Source of the DNA: an uncultured Acidimicrobiia bacterium
GTDB taxonomy: Bacteria; Actinomycetota; Acidimicrobiia; Acidimicrobiales; AC-14
Assembly: GCA_963836205.1 (NCBI GenBank)
Contig: CAWIIV010000006.1
Location: 256,001 to 320,000 of the forward strand
DNA: 64,000 nucleotides
Direction: 5' to 3'
Positions within the stretch are counted from its first letter, which is position 1; the number at the start of each line of letters is the position of its first letter. Positions 24,023 to 33,031 of the stretch are shown one piece after another. The notes below the pieces were generated by a model. The model was not told the DNA's origin and did not search any database. It worked only from the letters and a program-made list of their open reading frames with translations. The translations under genes and the position numbers were made by a program.

Positions 24023-26536
24023 ATGAAGGCCTATCGAAGCTTCACGGTCCGGCCCCGTCTGCCTGACGCCCTCGCCCCCTTGCACACCCTGGCCATGAAC
24101 CTGCGGTGGTCGTGGGACGAGCACACCCAGGACCTGTTCCGGTGGGTCGACTCCGAGGCGTGGGAGGCGAGCGGCAACGACCCCGTCCGCCTCCTCGGCT
24201 CGGTCGGCAAGGCCCGGCTCGACGCCCTCGCCGCCGATCGCACGTTCCTCTCCTTCCTCCAGGAGGTCTCCGACGAGCTCCGGCGCGACATGGAGGCCGA
24301 CCGGTGGTTCCAGGGCCGCGACAGCCCCCTGCATTCGGTGGCCTACTTCTCCCCCGAGTTCGGCATCGCCCGGGCCCTGCCCCAGTACTCGGGCGGACTG
24401 GGCGTGCTCGCCGGCGACCACCTCAAGGCGGCCAGCGCCCTCGGCGTCCCCCTCGTCGGCGTCGGGCTCTTCTACGCCCAGGGCTACTTCCGCCAGGAGC
24501 TCAACGGCGACGGCTGGCAGGAGGAGCGCTACGTCGACCTCGACCCCCACGCCATGTCGCTGGGCTCGTGCGAGCCGGTGGTGGAGGTCGACCTGGCCGG
24601 AACCAAGCTCTATGCCCGGGTGTGGAGAGCCCAGGTGGGACGCATCCCCCTGTACCTCCTCGACACGTCGGTGGAAGTCAACGACGAGCTCGAGCGGGGC
24701 GTCACCGACCGCCTCTACGGGGGCGACACCGAGCACCGCCTGCGCCAGGAGATCCTGCTCGGCGTCGGCGGCGTCCGCGCCCTGGAGGCCGTGGGCGAGA
24801 CACCCCACGTGTTCCACAGCAACGAGGGCCACGCCGGCTTCCTCGGCCTGGAGCGCATCCGGCGGGCCATCTCCGGCGGCCTCTCCTTCGACGAGGCGGT
24901 GGAGGCGGTCCGGGCGGGCACCGTGTTCACCACCCACACTCCCGTCCCGGCCGGGATCGACCGCTTCCCCCGCCCCCTCATGGAGCGCTACTTCAAGGCG
25001 TGGGCCGACGAGTGCAACGTGAGCTTCGACACCCTCATGGCCCTCGGCCACGTGCCCGACGAGCCGCCCGACGCCCCCTTCAACATGGCCGTCATGGGCC
25101 TGCGCCTGGCCGGATTCAGCAACGGCGTGTCCAAGCTCCACGGGCACGTGAGCCGGCAGATCTTCCAGTCCGTGTGGCCGGGCGTGCCCACCGAGGAGCT
25201 GCCGATCGGCTCGATCACCAACGGCATCCACACCCGCACCTGGGTGTCGGCCGAGGTCCGCGACCTCTTCGACCGTCACGTCCTGCCCGAGTGGCACCTG
25301 GCCGGCCCCGACCGGTGGGCCCGCATCGACGACGTCGGCGACGACGAGCTGTGGCGGGCCCGCCAGCAGGCCCGGGAACGGCTGGTGGCGTTCGTCCGCC
25401 AGCGGCTGCGGGCCACGTCGTTGGCGCGGGGCATGTCGGAGGCCGACCTCACCTGGCTCGACGACGCATTCAACCCCAACATCCTCACCGTCGGCTTCGC
25501 CCGCCGCTTCGCCCCCTACAAGCGAGCCACCCTCCTGCTCTCGCAGCCCGACCGGCTGACCAGGCTCCTCCTCGACGCCGACCGGCCCATGCAACTCCTG
25601 TTCGCGGGCAAGGCCCACCCGGCCGACGACCCGGGCAAGGAGATCATCCGCCAGGTGGTGCAGTTCACCCGGCTCCACGACGTCCGCCACCGGGTCGCCT
25701 TCGTGGAGGACTACGACATCGGCGTTGCCCGGATGATGTACCAGGGCTGCGACGTGTGGCTCAACACGCCCCGCCGGCCGATGGAGGCCTGCGGCACCAG
25801 CGGCGAGAAGGCCGCCCTCAACGGCGCCCTCAACCTCTCCATCCTCGACGGGTGGTGGGACGAGCTCTACGACGGGCACAACGGATGGGCCATCCCGTCG
25901 GCCGAGACCGTCGCCGACCAGCACCTTCGCGACCAGCTGGAGGCGGGGAGCCTGTTCGACCTCCTCGAGCGCCAGATCGTCCCCCTGTATTACGAGGCCA
26001 ACCCGGGACGGCCGCCCAGCCGGTGGCTGAGCCGGGTCCGGCGCTCGCTGCGCACCCTCGGCCCGGTCGTGACGTCCAGCCGCATGGTGCGCGACTACGT
26101 GGAGGCGATGTACGAGCCGGCCGCCACCCACGGCGAAGCCCTGGCCGCCGACGGCTTCGCCCGGGCCAAGGCGTTGGCGGCATGGAAGCGACGGGTGCTC
26201 ACCATGTGGACGACGGTCGCGGTGCAGACGGTCGACGAGGCCACCGACGCCGCCGACCTCGGCGGGGCCCGCACGGTGGCGGCCGTCGCCGACCTGGGGC
26301 GGCTCGGTCCCGACGACGTCCAGGTCCAGGTGGTGCACGGACCGGTCGGCAATACCGACGAGATCGTCGACGCGGCCATGTCCACCATGGACCTGGTGGG
26401 CGGCCCGGGGCCGTACCGGTACCAGGGCACCTTCACCTGCGACCGGCCCGGGCGCTACGGGTTTACTGTGCGGGTCGTGCCCTCCCACCCCGATTTGTTG
26501 ACATGGACCGAGCTCGGCTGCATGGCGGTCGCCTGA
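24023..26536 (+). CDS. glgP: Alpha-glucan phosphorylase
   Basis: YSGGLGVLAGD, NEGH, TTHTPV, ARRFAPYKR, EACGTSGEK (PLP lysine). Confidence 0.96.
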   Translation: MKAYRSFTVRPRLPDALAPLHTLAMNLRWSWDEHTQDLFRWVDSEAWEASGNDPVRLLGSVGKARLDALAADRTFLSFLQEVSDELRRDMEADRWFQGRDSPLHSVAYFSPEFGIARALPQYSGGLGVLAGDHLKAASALGVPLVGVGLFYAQGYFRQELNGDGWQEERYVDLDPHAMSLGSCEPVVEVDLAGTKLYARVWRAQVGRIPLYLLDTSVEVNDELERGVTDRLYGGDTEHRLRQEILLGVGGVRALEAVGETPHVFHSNEGHAGFLGLERIRRAISGGLSFDEAVEAVRAGTVFTTHTPVPAGIDRFPRPLMERYFKAWADECNVSFDTLMALGHVPDEPPDAPFNMAVMGLRLAGFSNGVSKLHGHVSRQIFQSVWPGVPTEELPIGSITNGIHTRTWVSAEVRDLFDRHVLPEWHLAGPDRWARIDDVGDDELWRARQQARERLVAFVRQRLRATSLARGMSEADLTWLDDAFNPNILTVGFARRFAPYKRATLLLSQPDRLTRLLLDADRPMQLLFAGKAHPADDPGKEIIRQVVQFTRLHDVRHRVAFVEDYDIGVARMMYQGCDVWLNTPRRPMEACGTSGEKAALNGALNLSILDGWWDELYDGHNGWAIPSAETVADQHLRDQLEAGSLFDLLERQIVPLYYEANPGRPPSRWLSRVRRSLRTLGPVVTSSRMVRDYVEAMYEPAATHGEALAADGFARAKALAAWKRRVLTMWTTVAVQTVDEATDAADLGGARTVAAVADLGRLGPDDVQVQVVHGPVGNTDEIVDAAMSTMDLVGGPGPYRYQGTFTCDRPGRYGFTVRVVPSHPDLLTWTELGCMAVA

Positions 26537-26538
26537 CC

Positions 26539-27504
26539 CTGTCGCCCGAGCCGATCGAGACGGCGGAATCGCAGCTCCCGACGAACTCCACCCCGCACGT
26601 TCGCACCCACCGGCCCCGCCGGCGCAGCGGCGCGGGCCGGACGACGGCCGCCCTGGCCACGATCGCGGCCCTCGCCCTGGCCGGGTGCTCGCCCGGCGAC
26701 GGCCCGAGCGCCCGCATGGGGTCGGGCCCGCCGCCCACCGTCGCCACGACCACCAGCACAACCACGATCCCGGTCGACCCGGAGATCGAGGACATCGTCG
26801 CCGGGGCGGGCATGACCGAGCTCGGACGCCGACTCTTCCTCTCCGCCGACCCGTCGGTGGAGGACTCCGAGACCCTGATCCAGAGCTGCGCCGACGTCGA
26901 TGCCATCGCTCGTCCCGAGGGGGGCACCTCCCACACCTTCGGCTGCCTGATCGACGGGAAGATCCACCTGCGGGCCTTCGCCGAGCCCGAGGTCCGCGAG
27001 CTCGTCTACGTGGTGGCCGCCCACGAGCTGCTCCACGTCGTGTACGGCCGCCTCAGCCGGTCGGAGCGCCTCGCCCTCGACCCCGACCTGGAGGGGGCCC
27101 GCGTCGACAATGCCCTCCTCGAGGAACGGCTCGAGGTCTACGCGGCCGTCGACGAGGACTCCACCAACGAGGTCCACTCCATTCTGGGCACCGAGTTCGT
27201 CAACCTGTCCGCCACCCTCGAGGCCCACTATGCCGAGTACTTCGACCGGGTCCTGGTGCTCGACGCCTTCCGACGGACCCTGGGCGACCGGGAGGACGAG
27301 ATCCGGTCCCTGAAGGCGTCGATCGCCGACATGGAGGTCGGCCTCGACGAGATCCAGGCCGAGCTCGACGCCCAGCAGGCATCGGGCGACATCGAGGGCT
27401 ACAACGCCAACGTGGCCCGCTTCAACGCCCTGGTGGCAGAGCACAACACGGCCGTGCGCCGGGTGAACGCCCTGGTCGACGAGGACAACCGCCTGACCGG
27501 GTGA
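26539..27504 (+). CDS. Lipoprotein with HExxH motif and C-terminal coiled coil (start uncertain)
   Basis: LALAGC lipobox, AAHELLH, NEVHSILGTE, Asn-periodic helical tail; forms the 3' part of ORF 24106-27504. Confidence 0.7.
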   Translation: MSPEPIETAESQLPTNSTPHVRTHRPRRRSGAGRTTAALATIAALALAGCSPGDGPSARMGSGPPPTVATTTSTTTIPVDPEIEDIVAGAGMTELGRRLFLSADPSVEDSETLIQSCADVDAIARPEGGTSHTFGCLIDGKIHLRAFAEPEVRELVYVVAAHELLHVVYGRLSRSERLALDPDLEGARVDNALLEERLEVYAAVDEDSTNEVHSILGTEFVNLSATLEAHYAEYFDRVLVLDAFRRTLGDREDEIRSLKASIADMEVGLDEIQAELDAQQASGDIEGYNANVARFNALVAEHNTAVRRVNALVDEDNRLTG

Positions 27505-27516
27505 CCGCGCCGAGCG

Positions 27517-27795
27517 TCAGTGCGTGAGGTTGAAGAGCTCCGGCTCCTCGCCCACCGAATGCACCGCCGTAACCCCGGGGACCCGATCCTTGAGGATGCG
27601 CTCGATACCGGCCTTGAGCGTCATGGTCGACGCCGGGCAGCTGCCGCAGGCACCGACCAGCTCGACATCGACGACGCCCGTCTCCTCGTCGACACCCACC
27701 AGGGTCATGTCGCCGCCGTCGGACTGCAGTACGGGACGGATGGCCTCGATGGCCTCCATCACCTGGTCTCGCATCATGCTTGCCTCCGTCGACAT
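27517..27795 (-). CDS. NifU/NfuA-like Fe-S carrier
   Basis: IRPVLQSDGGD, GACGSCP, TLKAGIE; start 27795 (leaderless) or 27777. Confidence 0.9.
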   Translation of the reverse strand: MSTEASMMRDQVMEAIEAIRPVLQSDGGDMTLVGVDEETGVVDVELVGACGSCPASTMTLKAGIERILKDRVPGVTAVHSVGEEPELFNLTH

Positions 27796-27847
27796 GCTCA
27801 CGACACTACCAACGCCGATCCGGCCCCCGGCCTTCCCGTAGGCTCCG

Positions 27848-29362
27848 GTGCCCGTGGCCCGCGTCGTCGCCCGCTCCGTCGTCGACCGGGCGGGCCTGGA
27901 GGACTGGCTCCGGCCACGCACCGACCTGCTGGTGGAAGACATCGTGGGCGAGGGCACCTTCGTCCAGCAGGACGGACCCTTCGAGCACTACGAGCGGCGG
28001 GTGGAGGTGGAGGCGGCCGCCGACGGTGAAGGTCGCCACCAGGTGACCCAGACGGTGGACTTCCGCCTGGCCCTGCCGTACTTCCGGTTCCTGTTCAGCC
28101 CGGGCGTGCGCTCCGCCCTCCGCCGGCCTGGCCGGCCCCGGGCACCGTGGTGGGCGCCCCCCGAGCACCTCGACACCGGCGCCGCCACCGCCCTTGGCAC
28201 GCTGGCCATCCTGGCCGTCACCTTCGGCTACCTCAACACCCTGTTCACCCAGACCATCCCCTTCGCGGGGGAGGAGTTCGGGGCCGGCAACAGCGCCCAG
28301 GGGGTTGCCGGCAGCCTCGTCCGGGTGGGGGGGATGATCGCCTTGGTGGTCGTGGCCGCCGCCGACCGCAGGGGACGGCGCTCGGTGATCCTGTTCGCGG
28401 CCACCGCCGGCTGCCTCCTCGCCGTCACCGGTGCGCTGGCGCCGTCGCTCGAGTGGCTGACCGGCAGCCAGATGCTGGCCCGGGCCTTCGCCAGCGCCCT
28501 GTTGGTCCTGGTCACCATCGTGGCCGCCGAGGAGATGCCCGCCGGCTCGCGCGCCTATGCCGTCAGCCTGTTGGCCATGGCCGGGGGGCTGGGCGCCGGC
28601 GTCTGCGTGATGGCCCTCAACCTGGCCGACCTCGGGACCCGGGGCTGGCGAATCCTCTACGTCCTGCCCCTGCTGGCCCTGCCGGCCGTCGCCAGCACCC
28701 GCCACCACCTCAAGGAGAGCCGGCGCTACCTCACCCCCCACCCCCGAGTCCCCATCGCCGGCCACGGGGGACGGCTCCTCCTGCTGGGCGTCTCCGCGCT
28801 CCTGGCCAACCTGTTCGTCGCCCCCAACTCGCAGTTCAGCAACCGCTTCCTGCGCTCCGAGCTCGGGTTCAGCGGAGGCGCCATCGGGCTGTTCTCGGTG
28901 GTCGTGGGCACGCCCGCGTCCATCGGCATCGTGGCCGGCGGGCGCATCGCCGACGTGCGGGGCCGGCGGATCGTGGCCGCCGTCGCCGTCGTGGCCGGCA
29001 CCGCCTGCACGGTGGCGTTCTTCTTCTCCGACGGATGGGGGTTGTGGGTGTGGGCGATCGTCGGCAACGTGCTGTCGGCCGCATCCATCCCCGCCCTCGG
29101 CGTCTACGGCCCCGAGCTGTTCCCCACCGGCCTGCGGGGCAAGGCCAACGGCCTGGTCGCCCTGACCGCCCTGGTGGGCAGTGCCATCGGACTCACGGGG
29201 GCGGGTGTGATGTCCGACCGTTTCGGCACCATCGGGCCGGCCATGGCCGTCCTCTCGGTCGGACCCATGCTGCTGGCGGTGCTGGTGCTCGTCGCCTACC
29301 CGGAGACGGCCCGCCGCCAGCTGGAGGACCTCAACCCGGAAGACCGACCACCCAGTCCCTGA
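27848..29362 (+). CDS. MFS transporter with an N-terminal soluble extension
   Basis: ADRRGRR and ADVRGRR motif A copies, ELFPT.LRG, PET; about 12 TMs. Confidence 0.88.
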   Translation: MPVARVVARSVVDRAGLEDWLRPRTDLLVEDIVGEGTFVQQDGPFEHYERRVEVEAAADGEGRHQVTQTVDFRLALPYFRFLFSPGVRSALRRPGRPRAPWWAPPEHLDTGAATALGTLAILAVTFGYLNTLFTQTIPFAGEEFGAGNSAQGVAGSLVRVGGMIALVVVAAADRRGRRSVILFAATAGCLLAVTGALAPSLEWLTGSQMLARAFASALLVLVTIVAAEEMPAGSRAYAVSLLAMAGGLGAGVCVMALNLADLGTRGWRILYVLPLLALPAVASTRHHLKESRRYLTPHPRVPIAGHGGRLLLLGVSALLANLFVAPNSQFSNRFLRSELGFSGGAIGLFSVVVGTPASIGIVAGGRIADVRGRRIVAAVAVVAGTACTVAFFFSDGWGLWVWAIVGNVLSAASIPALGVYGPELFPTGLRGKANGLVALTALVGSAIGLTGAGVMSDRFGTIGPAMAVLSVGPMLLAVLVLVAYPETARRQLEDLNPEDRPPSP

Positions 29363-29882
29363 CCAGGGCGGCCACCTCGCGGTCGCGCCCCCTCAGCCCG
29401 TGGTCGCCTCCCTCCAGCCACAGGTGGGTGACCGGACCGGCGATGGTGGCGGTGGCGGCCTCCAGCTCGGCCGGCGTTCCGAAGGAGTCCCTGGTGCCGG
29501 ACACGAACAGGCAGGGAACGGCGAGCTGGGGCAGGTGCTCGGTGCGGGCCTTCTCCGGACGACCCGGGGGATGGAGCGGGTAGCTGACCAGCACCAATCC
29601 GAGGGCGGGGAGACCGTCGGCCACCGCCATCGAGCACATGCGGCCGCCGAAGGACCGTCCGCCGAGGACGACGCGCCCGGGCGCCAGGCCGGTTCTGGTG
29701 GCGAGGGCGGCGGCCGCATCCCGCACCAGATCGAGGACGGCGGCGGTGGCCTTGCGGGACGGGAGGTCGATGCGCTCGACGGGGACGCCGACCGGGGCCA
29801 GGGCGTCCTCGATGGCGAGGAGCGAGGGGTGGTCGCGCGTCGCACTGGCGCCCGGCGTTACGAGGACGGCCCGGTCGGTCAC
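29331..29882 (-). CDS. Alpha/beta hydrolase (KANL3/Tex30-like)
   Basis: GGRSFGGR nucleophile elbow, SYPLHPPG, GTRD, GDH. Confidence 0.88.
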   Translation of the reverse strand: MTDRAVLVTPGASATRDHPSLLAIEDALAPVGVPVERIDLPSRKATAAVLDLVRDAAAALATRTGLAPGRVVLGGRSFGGRMCSMAVADGLPALGLVLVSYPLHPPGRPEKARTEHLPQLAVPCLFVSGTRDSFGTPAELEAATATIAGPVTHLWLEGGDHGLRGRDREVAALVRDWVVGLPG

Positions 29883-30580
29883 GGCAGCAGGATCCGGCGG
29901 GCCTCGGTGAGCTCGAGGATGCGCTGGCCGGCTCCCTCCGACTCGGCCCCGTGGTCGGGATGGGACTCGCGCAGCAGCGACCGGAAGCGGCGGACGACCT
30001 CGGCCGGGTCGGGCTCGCTCTCCGGGCCGAAGCCGAGCACCTGGCGGGCCCACCGCTCGTCGGTGGCGAAGCGACGCCACGGGAGCGGTGCCGTCTGGGT
30101 GAGGTCGGCCAGATGGTCGATCAGCTTCTGGTCGAGCGACCCGTCCCACTGGGCCCCCTTGCGGATGGCGGTGAAGACGGCCGGGCGGGCCGACTCGTGC
30201 ACCCGCCCGGCCGCGTAGAGCACGGCGAGGAGTTGGGGGACGGAACGGCCGTGGCCGCTGATCTCGAAGTCGGTGGCCTGCTCGGCCGTCCCGGTGAGCT
30301 TGTGGCGGGTGCGGTCAAGCCCGACGATGTCGGTCTGGAAGCGGTGGCGCAGGCGGGGCTGCTGGACGGTCTCGCCTCCGGCCACGTCGTCGAGAAGGGC
30401 GAGGAAGTCGATCCGCGTCTCGGCGTCGAGCTCCCCCAGGTGGCCGGCGACGATCCCGCCCAGGAGGATGCCCCCGTACCCGGGCGCGGGTTCGGTGGGC
30501 AGCCACATCTGCCCCAGGGCCACCCGGCGGGTGGGCGCGACCGCGCGCGAATGCCGGACCTCGAGCTCAGCCAGCAGCAC
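29879..30580 (-). CDS. Protein with a C-terminal J-domain-like region
   Basis: VLG...VVRRFRSLLRESHPDHG...LTEARRIL (HPD motif); leaderless -10 TACCCT. Confidence 0.75.
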   Translation of the reverse strand: MLLAELEVRHSRAVAPTRRVALGQMWLPTEPAPGYGGILLGGIVAGHLGELDAETRIDFLALLDDVAGGETVQQPRLRHRFQTDIVGLDRTRHKLTGTAEQATDFEISGHGRSVPQLLAVLYAAGRVHESARPAVFTAIRKGAQWDGSLDQKLIDHLADLTQTAPLPWRRFATDERWARQVLGFGPESEPDPAEVVRRFRSLLRESHPDHGAESEGAGQRILELTEARRILLP

Positions 30581-30603
30581 GGATGCAGGGTAGAGGCCGA
30601 CGG

Positions 30604-30654
30604 CGAACTGGTGACACTTGAGGTCGTCTGGCGACCGGAAGTGTCACCGGTTCA
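30604..30654. repeat. 51-bp imperfect palindrome, type A copy 3
   Basis: CGAACTGGTGAC ACTTGA GGTCG TCTGG CGACC GGAAGT GTCACCGGTTCA. Confidence 0.85.
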
Positions 30655-30666
30655 AGATCGGGGGGC

Positions 30667-31356
30667 TCAGATGTACGGGCGGAGGGCGTCGCGGAGGGTG
30701 CGGGCCTCGCGGGAGACGGACTCGTCGCCGGCGTCCGACTCGACCGCCTCCAGGGCGGCGGAGGCCAGCTCCCGGATCTGCAGCCATGCCACCGGCTCGA
30801 ACCCGTAGGGCGGCCGCGAGTCCTGCACGATGAGGGTGGCCGCCACCAGCTGCTCGGCGACGCGACCGTCGTCGGGACGTTGGATGAGGCGGTCGGCGGC
30901 GACGAACAGGTCGCCCATGGCCGTGTGGGCCCGCTCGCCGCCGTCGCCGCCACCTTCGAAGTCGTCGTCGTCGTCGTCGTCATCGTCATCGTCGTCGTCG
31001 TCGTCGTCGAACTCGTCGTCGGCGCCCCGCAGCCGACCGATCCTGTCGGCCGACTCCATCTGGTCGAGCAGGCCGTCGACCAGGTCCTCGTCGGCCACGC
31101 CTACCACCAGGGTGAGCCCCGGCTCCCACCGGAAGGCGATGGCCCGTTCCCGCAGCCCGGCCGACAGCCGACCCCGCTCGCCGGCCGACCACTCCTCCAG
31201 CTCGAAGCCGACGTCGTCGTCGTCGCCGCCCCCGTCGACAGGGCCCTCGACCAGCGTCGGTTCGGGCCGGTCGACGAGGGAGAGCTTGCAGTCCCAGCAG
31301 CGGGTGTCGCTGACTGAGAACTCGGCGCCGCACCACGGGCAACAGGCCACGATCAT
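30667..31356 (-). CDS. Acidic zinc-ribbon hypothetical protein with a poly-Asp tract
   Basis: CPWC...CWDC N-terminus; 16 consecutive Asp codons at 30961-31008; coupled to the mutase stop. Confidence 0.75.
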   Translation of the reverse strand: MIVACCPWCGAEFSVSDTRCWDCKLSLVDRPEPTLVEGPVDGGGDDDDVGFELEEWSAGERGRLSAGLRERAIAFRWEPGLTLVVGVADEDLVDGLLDQMESADRIGRLRGADDEFDDDDDDDDDDDDDDDDFEGGGDGGERAHTAMGDLFVAADRLIQRPDDGRVAEQLVAATLIVQDSRPPYGFEPVAWLQIRELASAALEAVESDAGDESVSREARTLRDALRPYI

Positions 31357-32996
31357 GCCCGCGTCCTCTCCCCGACCGCCCAGAACCCGAAGACATCGCC
31401 CAGGGTCTTCACGATCTCCCCCTCGGTGGCGTACGCCCGCACCGCGTCGATGATCACCGGCATGAGGTTGACGTCGGGCCGGCCGGCGTCGGCGGTCACC
31501 CGGGCCAGCGCCGAGGCGACGGCCCGATCGTCGCGCCCCGCCCGCACCTCCGCCAACCGTTGGCGTTGACGGGCCTCCCCGTCCCCCGGGCCTTCGTCGA
31601 CCAAGGTCGCCCCCCCACTGCTCGACCCGTCGGTGAAGCGGTTGACCCCCACGACCACCCGCTCCCCCCGCTCGACCTGGCCGGCCTGCTCGAAGGCGGC
31701 GTCGGCGATCCGGCGCTGGAACCATCCCCACTCGATACCGGCCAGCACCCCATCGAGCATCGAGCCGTCGCCCATCTTGTCGATCTCGGTGAGCATCTCC
31801 CCCGCCCGCGATCCGATCTCGTCGGTGAGCGACTCCACCAGCCACGACCCGCCCAGGGGGTCGGCCACCGATGCCACGCCCGTCTCGGCGGCGATGACCT
31901 GTTGCGTGCGCAACGCGAGGCGGGACGTGTGGTCGGTGGGCAGCCGCAAGGCCTCGTCGAGGGCGTTGGTGTGCATGCTCTGGGCCCCGCCCAGCACCCC
32001 CGCCAGCGCCTCCAACGTCGTCCGCACCACGTTGACCTCCGGTTGCTGCGCCGTCAGCGACGCCCCTGCCGTCTGGACGTGGAAGCGGCAGCGCAGCGAA
32101 CGCTCGTCGGTGGCACCGTAGCGGTCGCGCAGCCAGCGGGCCCACAGGCGGCGGGCGGCCCGGAACTTGGCGATCTCCTCGAAGAAGTCGATCTGGGCGT
32201 TGAAGAAGAAGCTCAGCCGGGGGGCGAAATCGTCGACCGCCAGCCCGCTGGCCACCGCCGCCTCCACGTAGGCGAAGCCGTTGCCGAGGGTGAAGGCCAG
32301 CTCCTGCACCGCCGTCGAGCCCGCTTCCCGGATGTGGTAGCCCGACACCGAAAGGGGGTGCCACTGCGGCATCTCCGCCGTGCACCAGGCGACCACGTCG
32401 GTGACCAGCCGCACCGACGGCCGGGGCGGGAAGAGGTATTCGTTCTCCGCCTGGTACTCCTTCAGGATGTCGTTCTGGACGGTGCCCCGCAGCGCCGTCC
32501 GGGGCACGCCCGCCTTCTCCGCCGCCACCACGTACATGGCCAGGACGATGGCGGCCGGGGAGTTGATCGTCATCGACGTAGACACCCGCCCGAGGTCGAT
32601 GCCTGCGAACAGCACCTCCATGTCGGCCAACGTGTCGACGGCCACGCCGCAGCGTCCGACCTCGCCGCTCGACAGGGGGTCGTCGGAATCCCGGCCCATC
32701 AGGGTGGGCAGGTCGAAGGCGATCGACAGGCCGTCGCCGCCGGCGTCGAGGAGGGCCCGGATGCGCTCGTTCGACTCCGTCGCCGACCCGAAGCCGGCGA
32801 ACATGCGGTGGGTCCACAACTTCGACCGGTACATCGACGCGTACGGTCCCCGGGTGTACGGGAACACCCCCGGCCACTCGCCGTCGTCGGGTCCGTAGGC
32901 CGCCTCCAGGGGGATTCCGGACGACGTCGACGGGGCCGGGGCGCGGGCCGGCGGCGCCGCCTCGTACCCCCGCCGCCAGTCGTCGCGGCCGGACAT
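31353..32996 (-). CDS. Acyl-CoA mutase large subunit (MCM/IcmA family, no B12-binding domain)
   Basis: PYTRG, FAGFG, AFDLPT, QNDILKE, SGYHIREAG, HTNALDE. Confidence 0.92.
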   Translation of the reverse strand: MSGRDDWRRGYEAAPPARAPAPSTSSGIPLEAAYGPDDGEWPGVFPYTRGPYASMYRSKLWTHRMFAGFGSATESNERIRALLDAGGDGLSIAFDLPTLMGRDSDDPLSSGEVGRCGVAVDTLADMEVLFAGIDLGRVSTSMTINSPAAIVLAMYVVAAEKAGVPRTALRGTVQNDILKEYQAENEYLFPPRPSVRLVTDVVAWCTAEMPQWHPLSVSGYHIREAGSTAVQELAFTLGNGFAYVEAAVASGLAVDDFAPRLSFFFNAQIDFFEEIAKFRAARRLWARWLRDRYGATDERSLRCRFHVQTAGASLTAQQPEVNVVRTTLEALAGVLGGAQSMHTNALDEALRLPTDHTSRLALRTQQVIAAETGVASVADPLGGSWLVESLTDEIGSRAGEMLTEIDKMGDGSMLDGVLAGIEWGWFQRRIADAAFEQAGQVERGERVVVGVNRFTDGSSSGGATLVDEGPGDGEARQRQRLAEVRAGRDDRAVASALARVTADAGRPDVNLMPVIIDAVRAYATEGEIVKTLGDVFGFWAVGERTRA

Positions 32997-33031
32997 AGGG
33001 GCAGGGTACAGCCACCGCTAATGTCCAGGTC

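Noticed and set aside
24106-26536. N-terminal 800 aa of the 1132-aa ORF 24106-27504
   Set aside because: Off-frame shadow of glgP; only the portion after about 26539 looks like protein
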